Counted from the stretch's first letter, positions 27,314-37,513 are shown. The stretch is DNA of 64,000 nt from a virus (IMGVR_UViG_3300048911_000095:1188-65187), one strand, 5' to 3'. The notes: generated from the sequence alone by a model not told the origin. Program-made: numbers and translations.

Positions 27314-29082
27314 TGCCAGCGGGTTATAACGCACAATCGCTTGCCAGTTTACGTCAAAAAGAAAGAATCGAGGTCATGCAAGCCATTGATCTCGACCTTT
27401 CTATTGAGATCGAGAAACGGCGCCGAGCCGTCGAGGAAGAAGAACGAAAGAAACTCGATGTCAAGATCCAGCCTCAACACGTAGCCATCGTTTCGGCCTT
27501 TCCATTACGACAATTCATTTACGATACGTTTCAGATCCTTGAGCCAGGGCGACCGTACAAGGACAACTGGCACATCGACGCGATATCCGAGATGTTGCAA
27601 GCTGCTACGCTTGGGGAACTGAAGTTGATCTTAATCAACCTTCCACGCCGTTGCATGAAGTCCACCTTGATCTCGATAATGTGGTTTTGCTGGTCTTGGA
27701 CGTTCTTACCGCATACGCGCTGGCTATATGCCTCGTTTTCTGAAAAGTTTGCTTATAGAGACTCTAATGCGTGTAGAAAGATCATTGAATCGTACTACTA
27801 TCAACAAAAATGGAGCGAGATCTTTCGTCCGTCACTGAGAGAGTGGAAAGCCTCGAAATTCGCGAACAATAAGGGTGGTTTCCGAGCCTGTTTCGGCGTT
27901 ACCAAGGGAACAGGTGATGGTGGTGATTTCGTCATTGTTGACGATCCGCACCAGATCGATGAAGCCGAGTCGGATAAGAAGATCGATACCACGATCAACT
28001 GGTATTTCGAGACTTATTACAACAACGTTAATGATCCTGAAACCGCGGTCCGAGCGATCATGCACCAAAGGGTGGGCGAGAAAGATCTGACCGGCGAAAT
28101 ACTGGCCAGAGAGCTAGGATACGAATTGCTTTGCTTGCCGATGAAGTTCGAGGACGATCACCCACATAAAAATTCAGTTTCCAAGCCTTTGAAAATGGGT
28201 AAGGTGTCTCAGTTCGAGCACAACCAGACGCCAGAGATCGAAACCGGAGCTGAAAAGCTTTGGGTCGATCCGCGGGACAAAGAGGCACCTACGTTCGGAA
28301 ATAAGTGGTATCAGAACTGGTACAAAAAACACTATCTATCGCGAGATCTCCATTCGACAGGTGAAGGTGAGTTGCTTTGGCCGAATCGCATGCGTCAGGA
28401 ACATATCGACAACATGGTTGCTCACTTGCAAGCCTATGGTGAATCCTCGCAGCTTCAGCAACGTCCGATCCGGCGCGGTGGTAATTTCTTCAATTCGAAA
28501 GACTTTAAGCCGATAGAACGCGGTGCCGTCGATCTACGCAATTTGATCTTTGTCAGATATTGGGATAAAGCCGGAACACAGGGCGGTGGTGATTGGTCCG
28601 TAGGTATGCTCATGGGCAGAACGCAAAAGCGGCCGTTCGATCTCTATATCATCGATATTTTGCGAGATCAGTGGGGCTATTACGAGCGGATGCAGAACAT
28701 GAAAGATGCTGCCGAGGCCGATACACGTGATTACCTTACCGGCAATACGGAGTATACCGTTGCTATTGAATCTGAGGCCGCAAGCGCCGGCAAAGATCTG
28801 GCCACCATCGAAAAAGATTTTTTACAGGGACATCATGTTATTATCGACAAGCCGAGAGGAAAGAAGTCTTTCCGAGCCAAGCCAGCGAAAACGTTATCTG
28901 AGGCTGGCCGAATTTACATGGTCAAGGCACCCTGGAATTTGAATTTCGTTCGCGAGTTGGAAAAGTTTAATCCGGAAAAGGATAATCAGGTCGATGACCA
29001 GATCGATACTCTGAGCGGTTGCGTAAAGATACTGATTTTTGGCAACGTGACTCAGTTCCAATCCGCAAGCGGTACGATGTAG
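27313..29082 (+). CDS. terL: terminase large subunit
   Basis: NLPRRCMKST (Walker A), IVDDPH (Walker B), YWDKAG and DDQIDT nuclease acidic motifs. Confidence 0.93.
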   Translation: MPAGYNAQSLASLRQKERIEVMQAIDLDLSIEIEKRRRAVEEEERKKLDVKIQPQHVAIVSAFPLRQFIYDTFQILEPGRPYKDNWHIDAISEMLQAATLGELKLILINLPRRCMKSTLISIMWFCWSWTFLPHTRWLYASFSEKFAYRDSNACRKIIESYYYQQKWSEIFRPSLREWKASKFANNKGGFRACFGVTKGTGDGGDFVIVDDPHQIDEAESDKKIDTTINWYFETYYNNVNDPETAVRAIMHQRVGEKDLTGEILARELGYELLCLPMKFEDDHPHKNSVSKPLKMGKVSQFEHNQTPEIETGAEKLWVDPRDKEAPTFGNKWYQNWYKKHYLSRDLHSTGEGELLWPNRMRQEHIDNMVAHLQAYGESSQLQQRPIRRGGNFFNSKDFKPIERGAVDLRNLIFVRYWDKAGTQGGGDWSVGMLMGRTQKRPFDLYIIDILRDQWGYYERMQNMKDAAEADTRDYLTGNTEYTVAIESEAASAGKDLATIEKDFLQGHHVIIDKPRGKKSFRAKPAKTLSEAGRIYMVKAPWNLNFVRELEKFNPEKDNQVDDQIDTLSGCVKILIFGNVTQFQSASGTM

Positions 29083-29098
29083 TTTTTGGAGGACGAAT

Positions 29099-30718
29099 AT
29101 GCCCGTAAAAGCTGAATTAGATACTTACCAGGATTTGCAAGAGATCTTAGCAAAGATCCCAAAGAAAGAATTGCGACAGACGCAGTTATTTGTCGAGGGC
29201 GATCACTGGCAAGGCGGTGCTTGCTGGCATGGATGGCGCCCCGAATCGAACAGCCGAACGGCCATGTATCAATGGCGACTAGTTGAGGGTCTATTCAACT
29301 CTAAGAACGTTTGCGGCGGCATGGTCAAGCGTGTGATGGGCGCGATTCTAGGTAAGGAACCTGATTGGCAGATCATCGCAAAGAAAGCGAATGACGAATT
29401 GCCGCCGCCTCCACCTCCGGTCAATCCATTGAATCCTACTCCGGTTCCGGTCAAAGTTCCTGAATTAACGCCAGAGGAAAAATTCTGGAAAGACATCGAT
29501 GCTCAAGTGAGCAAATGGTGGGACAGCAAAAAGGTCCATAAGGCTCTCAAGACTTTCATTCACAATCGGGCAGCTTATGGTAAGGCCGCGATACGCATTT
29601 ACATCCCGGCAGGATATCTCACGCAATCAGGCTCAGAGGTCAAGCTGAAGGCAACCAGTTTCGAGGAAGTATTGAACAGGATCTATATCGATGTCCCGGG
29701 ATACGAATGTGCGATCGACGCTTATGATCCTGAATATGGCGACTGCTATACCATCGTTGAACAGCCGAGGCTCAAACCGGAAGATCAGCCGATCTACGAA
29801 GTCAATTATCTGGATGAAGATCGTAAAACATGGATCAGGCGAGTAGGTGAAACTGAGACCGGAGCGATCGGGATAGATCTCGGCGGATATTTGTTGACCT
29901 ACATCGATGGTGAGTATAAACAGGCCATGATTAGCGATTCGATCAAGAGGCAGCAAATGGCCGTCAACCATGCAAAGACAGGTGAGAATTTCGCCTTGGA
30001 AAATATCAACTTTCCAGAGGTTACTTTCATCAACGCGAACTTGCCGGTTGAAAAGGTCAAAGATGCAAGTGGTCAAATGGTCGATGTGCCGAAAGAGATG
30101 CATCAAGGTCCCGGCCGATGGAGATCTATCTTTGGCGTCATGCTCGAAAGCGTTACAGGTGGTCAGACGATCACAGATCCGAAGATCTATACGAGAGAGA
30201 ATGCCGATCCTCAGAAATTCGCACAGGTTGCCGACAACAACACGCGGGATATGCACCAAGAGGCTGGCATGCTTTATCTTTATCTGGCCGACTCGGAATA
30301 TGCTTCAGGAACGGCCAAGGTCGAATCGATGACCGATTATCTGATTCTCTTGGTCGATTACAAGACTATCGATGACACGATGGGAATGTGGTTGCTCAAT
30401 ACTGTGCCGAGATTAGCATTAGCCTTGAGTGGACAGTCCGACAAAATGGATCAGTTCGATGTCGTGTTTTCAAGCAAGATCACTATAGGCCGGATCTCAA
30501 ACGACGATAAGAAAACCATGATGGATGAAGTAAGCAAGGGTTTACGCTCGAAGAGAAGTTACATGGTCGTAGCCGAGGTAGCCGACGATCCCAATTCAGA
30601 GCTAAAGGTCATTGCCGCGGATGGACCTCTTAAGGACACTCCGCCACCGCCGATCATCACTCCACCGGCACCGTCGCCGAATGGTGGACCTAAGCCGAGT
30701 CCGGTATTGACAAATTAG
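29099..30718 (+). CDS. portal protein
   Basis: 539 aa directly after terL; Pro-rich insert and tail. Confidence 0.75.
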   Translation: MPVKAELDTYQDLQEILAKIPKKELRQTQLFVEGDHWQGGACWHGWRPESNSRTAMYQWRLVEGLFNSKNVCGGMVKRVMGAILGKEPDWQIIAKKANDELPPPPPPVNPLNPTPVPVKVPELTPEEKFWKDIDAQVSKWWDSKKVHKALKTFIHNRAAYGKAAIRIYIPAGYLTQSGSEVKLKATSFEEVLNRIYIDVPGYECAIDAYDPEYGDCYTIVEQPRLKPEDQPIYEVNYLDEDRKTWIRRVGETETGAIGIDLGGYLLTYIDGEYKQAMISDSIKRQQMAVNHAKTGENFALENINFPEVTFINANLPVEKVKDASGQMVDVPKEMHQGPGRWRSIFGVMLESVTGGQTITDPKIYTRENADPQKFAQVADNNTRDMHQEAGMLYLYLADSEYASGTAKVESMTDYLILLVDYKTIDDTMGMWLLNTVPRLALALSGQSDKMDQFDVVFSSKITIGRISNDDKKTMMDEVSKGLRSKRSYMVVAEVADDPNSELKVIAADGPLKDTPPPPIITPPAPSPNGGPKPSPVLTN

Positions 30719-30800
30719 CCTGTCGATGTTTCAATCATCACTGAACTTACATTCAATTGTCTGAATCTTAGCCCCTTTCCAAGAAGGGGCATTTTTTCGC

Positions 30801-30830
30801 TTGACACGCGAGATCGAGTATGTTTATTCT
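30801..30830 (+). promoter_or_regulatory. sigma70-like promoter
   Basis: TTGACA-N18-TATTCT. Confidence 0.6.
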
Positions 30831-30836
30831 GTCCGT

Positions 30837-30932
30837 GCAAATCGCATTAGATCGTTTCGGGTTTGCATTTCTGTTGTGTGACAACCTCCTTATGCCTGAG
30901 AAAAGCCCCGCGATAACATCAAGGGGTTTTTT
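30837..30932 (+). ncRNA. candidate ~95-nt sRNA with an anti-SD motif
   Basis: Bounded by the promoter and an AAAAGCCCC/GGGGTTTTT terminator-like hairpin; ACCTCCTTA at 30884-30892. Confidence 0.4.
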
Positions 30933-30956
30933 GTTGGGAACTTCCCAACAACGCAA

Positions 30957-30985
30957 TTGGACATTTCCGAAATCATCTGTATAAT
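30957..30985 (+). promoter_or_regulatory. sigma70-like promoter adjacent to a 17-bp palindrome
   Basis: TTGGAC-N17-TATAAT; palindrome at 30933-30949. Confidence 0.6.
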
Positions 30986-31046
30986 CCGAGTTGGTTGCTT
31001 AATGAGCGCAGTTGGTGCATTGAAAAAACCGAGTACCTTTAATTAG

Positions 31047-31076
31047 AAAACGGAAGCTGAAAAGTTTCCGTTTTTT
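31047..31076 (+). terminator. intrinsic terminator
   Basis: AAAACGGAAG/TTTCCGTTTT stem followed by T residues. Confidence 0.6.
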
Positions 31077-31217
31077 ATTGTTTATCATAAAACCGCTTGC
31101 ATTATTTTCTGACTTGTCTTATTTTCCCAATTGTCGGTTATTACTAATCGATCCTTTCGCTCTTAATTCTCTGCGAGAATTGGCCTTGATCTGCGATCAA
31201 GAGAAAAAAGGAAAAAT

Positions 31218-32066
31218 ATGCCAAAAGTAAAACTTTCATTTGCCAGCCCCGATGCAATTCCCGCGGAATTGAAGTCATTTGCTGGCGCAGATAACACGGT
31301 GGAAATATGGACAGGATCACAAGAGACTGTGGCTGCCGAATTGAATCCTGGCTTAGAAGCTAACCGTAATGCCTTGAAAACAGAAAAGGAACAGCTTCAA
31401 AGCAAGTACGACAATTTGCTAAAGTCATCGTCTGAAACATCCCAACAGCTCCAAGAGGCCAATGTGAAGCTTGCAAGCAACACAGGCGTTTCACCGGACG
31501 ATCTAAAGCTCCTCAATACTGTCAAACAGGCGGCGCCTGGAATGAAGCCAGAGGACATCAAAAACACGCTGACAGCCTTTCCTAACGTCAACGCCGAACT
31601 AACCACACTCAAAGCCGATCGGGAGAACGCCGAGATCTTTGGCGCTACAGGATTCAAGAACCAAAAGGTGTTCGTGGATCTGCTTGGCAACAAGACCAAG
31701 AATCCTAATCTGGAAAAGGTTGTGGTCAAAGAGGAAAAGGTTGACGATAAACCTGTGAAAAAGGCTTATGCGAACATCAAACAGGCCGATGGAACGATCA
31801 AAGAAATCGCTTTCGATGAATACGTGAAATCCAATCCTGAATGGAGTCCGTACATGCCGTCACTTTCTGACACCGCTAGTCAAGCTACATGGATTCAGCA
31901 GCAAGGCGGTGGCGCAGGCGGTGGAGGTGGAACGCCACCAACATCTGGCGAAAAAAGTCCGCTCGACTTAGCGATTGAACAGGCTAACCAGAAATCGAAA
32001 GCCATTGTTAATCCGCTTCGTCCGGCCACTCCAACGCCAGCAACTACTGAAGTGAAACAAAATTAA
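31218..32066 (+). CDS. capsid scaffolding protein
   Basis: Coiled coil, Gly/Pro-rich C-terminus, position before the decoration and MCP genes. Confidence 0.7.
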   Translation: MPKVKLSFASPDAIPAELKSFAGADNTVEIWTGSQETVAAELNPGLEANRNALKTEKEQLQSKYDNLLKSSSETSQQLQEANVKLASNTGVSPDDLKLLNTVKQAAPGMKPEDIKNTLTAFPNVNAELTTLKADRENAEIFGATGFKNQKVFVDLLGNKTKNPNLEKVVVKEEKVDDKPVKKAYANIKQADGTIKEIAFDEYVKSNPEWSPYMPSLSDTASQATWIQQQGGGAGGGGGTPPTSGEKSPLDLAIEQANQKSKAIVNPLRPATPTPATTEVKQN

Positions 32067-32086
32067 GATACGAGGTAAAAATCTCT

Positions 32087-32980
32087 ATGAATAGAACAAG
32101 TCAAGATCCGCGTCCATTGTCGCCGTTTGTTGATAACTATGCGATGAATCGGGGCATTGGCCGTCCTATCGATTGGACTAAGGTAAGTGCCTATTTCTAC
32201 GATGTGGGCAAATTTACAGTGAAACTAAACGGCGCGGCGGCAGTGGGTGCTACATCCTTGACTGTTGACGCGCTACCGGCAGACGTACCAAAAGGAACTG
32301 TTCTGCATTTCGGGGCATATGCCGCCGTTGTCGCAACGGTTGGTGTGGCCGGCGCGTTGGCCAACGCAACGTCAGTTCCCGTAGCTGCGTTGTCCGGTCC
32401 TATTCCATCCGGAACGATCTTGGACTTTACAGGCACAGGAAAGTTCGCGAAGTTGACGGCTGACGCCGCCGTCGGCGCTACTTCACTGGCCGTTGAAGCA
32501 TTGCCACAGGCTCTTGTTTCGACGGACGCGGCCACGTTCCCGGGTGGTGCCATTGATGCCGAAGTTACAGCCGACGCGCTTGCTGCGGCCACGACTTTGA
32601 CGGTTGCACCGCTTGAGTTCGCGATTGCAAATGATGCCGAGGCTTTGGTTGACGGTGCGCCGATTGTTACCAATGGCCGTCTAATTCCAAAGGGTACGAT
32701 TTTGTCACTTACGTCTGCCGGATTATTTATGCCGAGGCGTGATGGCGTATCTAGTTCGGAGATTCAGTCAGTCGGCTTCCTTGCTTCCGATGCGGTTGAA
32801 AACTCCAAGTCGGATGCGAAATCTGGCTATGGCCTTGTGATCGGTGGAACGCCGATTTACGAAAACCTTTGCCCCGATGCTGATAGCTCTGGTGATCTGC
32901 CATCGGCTTATAAGACCGAGCTTGCAGCAAACACGCTTGGATTCACGTATGAGGATTGGAGCGACACCCGCGTAGTGTAG
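32087..32980 (+). CDS. head decoration protein with four internal Ala-rich repeats
   Basis: Position between scaffold and MCP; AxxGATSLxVxAL modules. Confidence 0.6.
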   Translation: MNRTSQDPRPLSPFVDNYAMNRGIGRPIDWTKVSAYFYDVGKFTVKLNGAAAVGATSLTVDALPADVPKGTVLHFGAYAAVVATVGVAGALANATSVPVAALSGPIPSGTILDFTGTGKFAKLTADAAVGATSLAVEALPQALVSTDAATFPGGAIDAEVTADALAAATTLTVAPLEFAIANDAEALVDGAPIVTNGRLIPKGTILSLTSAGLFMPRRDGVSSSEIQSVGFLASDAVENSKSDAKSGYGLVIGGTPIYENLCPDADSSGDLPSAYKTELAANTLGFTYEDWSDTRVV

Positions 32981-33039
32981 GGTTAATGATGCTCTGTTTC
33001 TAAATTCTCTCGCAGAGAAGAAAAGACGAGGTTAAAATT

Positions 33040-34182
33040 ATGCAATTTAATTTTCAAGAGATCATCAACCAACTGAATCAAGGATTGCCGCAGTCCGACA
33101 ACTTCGCATTCAGAATGGCCAGGGCGGTAACGATTCCTGGTGACTACGTTCTGAATACGATCTTGCCACAGCAGGACAGACCGGACTTCCACGTTTCAGG
33201 CGCGACGATGAGCATTTACCCGACAATGTTGGGACAGGTCGCTATGGATACGGTTTACCCACCGATGGGTGCGATCAGCTCCAGTCAGTTTTTTGAGAAC
33301 ACGACCAAATTGGCCGGTCAGATTCCGCTTGATGAAAAAACTCAGCGTGACTTGATCGCGTGGGAAAATTCCCAGATCTCCGTTGCGTTTCGTGATGGCG
33401 TTCCTCAGAGTCAAATCGCCTCTGATATCAATGCCCGTCGTATGAATACCGTCATCGGATTTTCCTCGATGCTTCTCAAGTCTCATTGGGACACTTACGA
33501 ATGGCTGCGAGGCCAAGCGTTGACCACTGGTAAACTTGATTGGACGTTCGGCAAGATCCCGCTCAAGGTCGATTACAACGTGCCTACCGGAAACAAGAAA
33601 ACCAACTCCGGTAATAACCGTTACGGCGGTTCCACATCGAAGTTCTGGGATGATATGCGGTTCCTGAGTACCAAACTCAACAACTTCCGTATCATCACAA
33701 ATTCGAATACGTGGTACACGATCATCGATAACTCGGTGAACAATATCCGCGTTGTGGTCAATGACGGTTTGAATCGCGAGATCATCAAATTCGTCGGAAC
33801 CACTGAAACGAATTCGACCGATGCGCGTGATCGCGTCCGCATGACGATCTATGACAAATCGGGTACGGTCATTGATGCAAAAACAGGTGAGTTGACGGCA
33901 TTGCCGTTCATCCCGGACGGATACCTGATCGTTGTTGGTGAACAGAATCCCGACGGCTTCCAGTTGTCGCAAGGTTCCGTTGCCGATCCTGACAATCTAT
34001 TGCAGCTTGGCTATACGCATATAGCCCCGACAATTGAAGGTCAGGGACGCCCGGGCATCTGGTCACGGATTTACACGCCCGAAGGAAAGTCGATGCAGTT
34101 GTTGGCCGAAACCTGTGTGAATATGTTGCCGGTGATCTTAAACCCGAAAAAGCTGGTTATCTTGCAGACCGATATGGCCTAA
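33040..34182 (+). CDS. major capsid protein (Phage_cap_E-like, HK97 fold)
   Basis: EWLRGQALTTGK...VDYNVP motif; size and position. Confidence 0.85.
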   Translation: MQFNFQEIINQLNQGLPQSDNFAFRMARAVTIPGDYVLNTILPQQDRPDFHVSGATMSIYPTMLGQVAMDTVYPPMGAISSSQFFENTTKLAGQIPLDEKTQRDLIAWENSQISVAFRDGVPQSQIASDINARRMNTVIGFSSMLLKSHWDTYEWLRGQALTTGKLDWTFGKIPLKVDYNVPTGNKKTNSGNNRYGGSTSKFWDDMRFLSTKLNNFRIITNSNTWYTIIDNSVNNIRVVVNDGLNREIIKFVGTTETNSTDARDRVRMTIYDKSGTVIDAKTGELTALPFIPDGYLIVVGEQNPDGFQLSQGSVADPDNLLQLGYTHIAPTIEGQGRPGIWSRIYTPEGKSMQLLAETCVNMLPVILNPKKLVILQTDMA

Positions 34183-34202
34183 TTTCGGTTGGAGATCTAA
34201 CA

Positions 34203-34649
34203 ATGGCTCTACTCTTAACTACTGACCAGATCGACGCCGCCGCGGCCACGCTTGTTACCTCTGATAACAAGTTGACGGCTGGCATGGTAAGCGATCTGGT
34301 CAGTATCTTTCGCGGATATCTCGGACCACTGGCATCAAGCTATACGCTTAAAGACACTCTTGCTGCTCAACAAGATCTGCAAGAGAACGATGAGCGGATT
34401 GCTGCGAAGCTGGCGGCTTGCCTTGCTTTATTTCAAGAGAACCAATTTACGCCTGAGTCCGGTTTCGCTCCTACGGCAGCCAACCGGACAGGTTTCAATT
34501 ATTCTCTCGACGGCGAGGTTTACGAGATATTCAAATATGCCTTTGGATTGCTCTGGGACATCCCTGTAGAGTTGCCTACAGTGGCCACTACTGGCTCTGG
34601 GGGACGTTTTCAGCCGTCACAGGGTAGGTTCCATAGGCATCACCGTTAA
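34203..34649 (+). CDS. putative head-tail adaptor
   Basis: Synteny after MCP. Confidence 0.5.
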   Translation: MALLLTTDQIDAAAATLVTSDNKLTAGMVSDLVSIFRGYLGPLASSYTLKDTLAAQQDLQENDERIAAKLAACLALFQENQFTPESGFAPTAANRTGFNYSLDGEVYEIFKYAFGLLWDIPVELPTVATTGSGGRFQPSQGRFHRHHR

Positions 34650-34668
34650 AATCTAGCACAGAGCGTTT

Positions 34669-35094
34669 ATGGCAAATATACTTGATAAAGAGATCAAGCT
34701 GGCCAAAAAGAAATTTCAGATAATGACGCGAAAGACCTACCCGAAAGGCATCGCGTTATATTTTTTGAAAAGGGATGGCAGAGGCAAACCATTCACCGTT
34801 CTTGCTAAATTCGATTACTTTGGAGTCCAAGTTGATAATTTCCGGCACAGTCAATACATCGAGGTAGGCGTTGGATTAAGTGAACAGATCACTTTCGACG
34901 GTGCCACTCGATCCATGAAGCAAATTGCCGGAATGACAACGCATTTGGCTAATGTGCTTCCCTCGGGGGAAAGCCAAGTGTTCGCAACCAGGGATGGTGA
35001 AGATCTCGTACCGATCTGGATCAACGCCACTTATCGGTTCTACGTCAAGGAAGTTTCAGATAATTTTGTCTTAGCAGATAATCTTTCAACCTAA
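34669..35094 (+). CDS. putative head closure protein
   Basis: Synteny; beta-rich. Confidence 0.45.
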   Translation: MANILDKEIKLAKKKFQIMTRKTYPKGIALYFLKRDGRGKPFTVLAKFDYFGVQVDNFRHSQYIEVGVGLSEQITFDGATRSMKQIAGMTTHLANVLPSGESQVFATRDGEDLVPIWINATYRFYVKEVSDNFVLADNLST

Positions 35095-35450
35095 TGGCCA
35101 CATTGCCCGAAATAGATCAAAGGATTCAGAAATTCGTCCGCGGGTTTGAAACCCACTTGGACGATTTCGGCTATGAGCTAAAGACATCTGTGATTCGCGA
35201 GATCGTAAGGACCGGATCAATCGATACTGGCCGGATGATCCAAGCGATCGACTATCATCGTCAGGCCGTGGTCGATGGTGTTGGCTTTACGGTCGATGCT
35301 TCACGAGATCCGGAAGTGTTTTACGATGGTTTTGTGGAACGCCCGGGTGAAACAAGAAATTGGGAAGGTCGATTCTTTTATCAGCGCGGTATCGAGGGTG
35401 CGAATTTTGAAATGGTGATAGACGATATTGCACAAGAGGCTTTTGCGTAA
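35094..35450 (+). CDS. HK97 gp10-like tail completion protein
   Basis: IDTGRM...SI and YDGFVERPG...RFFY motifs. Confidence 0.6.
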   Translation: MATLPEIDQRIQKFVRGFETHLDDFGYELKTSVIREIVRTGSIDTGRMIQAIDYHRQAVVDGVGFTVDASRDPEVFYDGFVERPGETRNWEGRFFYQRGIEGANFEMVIDDIAQEAFA

Positions 35451-35974
35451 TGGGGATATCCGTAGCAGATTATCAGGCTTTGTTACTAGGTGTTGCCGAA
35501 ACGGTGAAAACGACGATCATTGCGCCGAATTCAACCGGATCTCATATTGAAACTCGGTATATTGCCAGTGAGGGCAGGGATGACGAATCGTGGCTAGGCT
35601 ATCTAAGAGATACGAACAATGTCGTTGATATCTGGCTAATCACATGCAATTACCTTGTCGGAGCGTCCGAAGAAAATGCTGAGAACCGAGCGGTTGGCAC
35701 GTTTAATAAACCTTACACCTTGACCGTGGACTACTTTGCGGATTATAAACAAGGTGTTGATTTCGTGGATACGGTTGCAACAAACACGGAACATGAATTT
35801 TTGAAAAAACTTTTTGCAGTGGACCTGGCCTTGGAAAAGAACCGTCATTGCCTCGGCAACAAACTGTATATTCAGACTTGGTCCTTTCGCACAAAACTAC
35901 GACGATTCCAGACAGCAACGACGCATTGGGCAAATGGAATCATTAACTTTGAGTTCGATGGAATAATTCTTTAG
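35450..35974 (+). CDS. putative tail terminator
   Basis: Synteny immediately before the major tail gene. Confidence 0.5.
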   Translation: MGISVADYQALLLGVAETVKTTIIAPNSTGSHIETRYIASEGRDDESWLGYLRDTNNVVDIWLITCNYLVGASEENAENRAVGTFNKPYTLTVDYFADYKQGVDFVDTVATNTEHEFLKKLFAVDLALEKNRHCLGNKLYIQTWSFRTKLRRFQTATTHWANGIINFEFDGIIL

Positions 35975-35992
35975 AAGCGAGGATAAATCATT

Positions 35993-37072
35993 ATGGCAAG
36001 ATTTAACGTCAGGGATGTCGTACAAGCCATCTCAATTGAAAATTTGGCAGTCAATGAGTACATCGTTGGCGATGACGGCGATCAGTTTAAGATCTTTCCA
36101 TCTGATGCTATCCCGCCTGTGATACCTACACGTACTCCGGTCGTGGACAATGCCGTTGGCGATGGTAAGGCTTACCCGAAACAAAGCAAGCCGTACTACT
36201 TCAATCCGATCAACTATCCGTATTCGATGGCTCTCAATAGCACGATGGGTCAACGTGTTCTCCGGATGTGGCTTGGCGGTACGATTGGAAACACGGCCAG
36301 AACACTTCCCGGCACAACGGATCAATTGATCCAGATGTTGAGTCCGGGACAACCGCCGATGGTTTGCAACCTGTTAAGGAAACTCGGTGGTGAAGGAAAC
36401 CTGTTCGGTGACTGCTATGTGCAGACGGTTGAGATCGCACAGCAGGGCGCCGGTGAGCCAAGGATCACGGCTCAATTCAATAATCCCGGCCACTTCATCA
36501 AGCTGGCCAATACTCTGATCGATCTGGCCGATGTAGCACCAATGGATTCGTACCTGAAATATCACGGTGCGAAAACCAAGCTGACATTTTCCGATGGCGT
36601 TGATTCATACGACTTCGCATCTGAAGGCCGATTGATCGACGTAACATTCTCTGGCAATCAGAACTGCGTTGTCGATCAGCTTCCAGGTGATGGATTTTAC
36701 GATCCCGCGGCAGAATGTAACGGAGCGATCGCCAAGAACTTTTTCATTGATCTGCAAACCGCCCAAATGACCGTCAAGGTCTACATGGACAATACGTTTG
36801 CTCAGTTCAATTCATGGTTGCCGAATCGCAAGCTTACGTCCGTGTCCTTGGTATTTTCATCCTGCGAGATCATTGGTCTTACAACCGATCACTCCGAGAT
36901 CGAGATCAAATTCCCGGTTGCACAGTTCAATTTGCAGGGCGATCAGCAAGGGAACTTTTCGGCTTACTCATTCACCATTGAGGCTATCGAAGGTGATTCG
37001 GTCACAGGATCGTTGGCCGAAATCAGACTGCGACGTGTTACCAGTGCTTTGATTGATGAAGTAGCTCCATAG
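35993..37072 (+). CDS. major tail (tube) protein
   Basis: 359 aa, beta-rich, followed by chaperones and tape measure. Confidence 0.75.
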   Translation: MARFNVRDVVQAISIENLAVNEYIVGDDGDQFKIFPSDAIPPVIPTRTPVVDNAVGDGKAYPKQSKPYYFNPINYPYSMALNSTMGQRVLRMWLGGTIGNTARTLPGTTDQLIQMLSPGQPPMVCNLLRKLGGEGNLFGDCYVQTVEIAQQGAGEPRITAQFNNPGHFIKLANTLIDLADVAPMDSYLKYHGAKTKLTFSDGVDSYDFASEGRLIDVTFSGNQNCVVDQLPGDGFYDPAAECNGAIAKNFFIDLQTAQMTVKVYMDNTFAQFNSWLPNRKLTSVSLVFSSCEIIGLTTDHSEIEIKFPVAQFNLQGDQQGNFSAYSFTIEAIEGDSVTGSLAEIRLRRVTSALIDEVAP

Positions 37073-37114
37073 TTCGAGCAAGTAAAATCTTTAGAAAGTT
37101 GAGGAAATAAAAAT

Positions 37115-37513
37115 ATGGCAGAAGATCTGAAAACTCAAAACGAAATGGAGCGGCAGTTTTATCTTGGTAAGACTGACAAGGTTCCCGGGTCCGACAAAAC
37201 CTTGAAAGACTTGAAGGCCGAATATCAGGCACAGGTAGCGAAAGACGCCAAGGCCAAAGAGGACAGACGTAAGAAATATTTGGATGGCCTTGCAAAAACA
37301 CAGGACGTAGAACCTCGCACATCTCTCGTTACTTTCGGCGTTTTGGCAGAGATCAATCCGCCGAAAGCAAGTGACTTGGTAAGCATTGCGACACCAGAGG
37401 ATAATCTTGTGATCGCTGGCCAGAAAGCCGCGGATGTGAAACCGCCAAGCGGTTCTGGTTCAACTAATGGTCCGTCAACGAGTGGTCCGGCTGGCGGGAG
37501 ATCGGGAACTTGA
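37115..37513 (+). CDS. hypothetical protein in the tail region
   Basis: GAGGAA RBS; Ser/Gly-rich tail. Confidence 0.6.
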   Translation: MAEDLKTQNEMERQFYLGKTDKVPGSDKTLKDLKAEYQAQVAKDAKAKEDRRKKYLDGLAKTQDVEPRTSLVTFGVLAEINPPKASDLVSIATPEDNLVIAGQKAADVKPPSGSGSTNGPSTSGPAGGRSGT

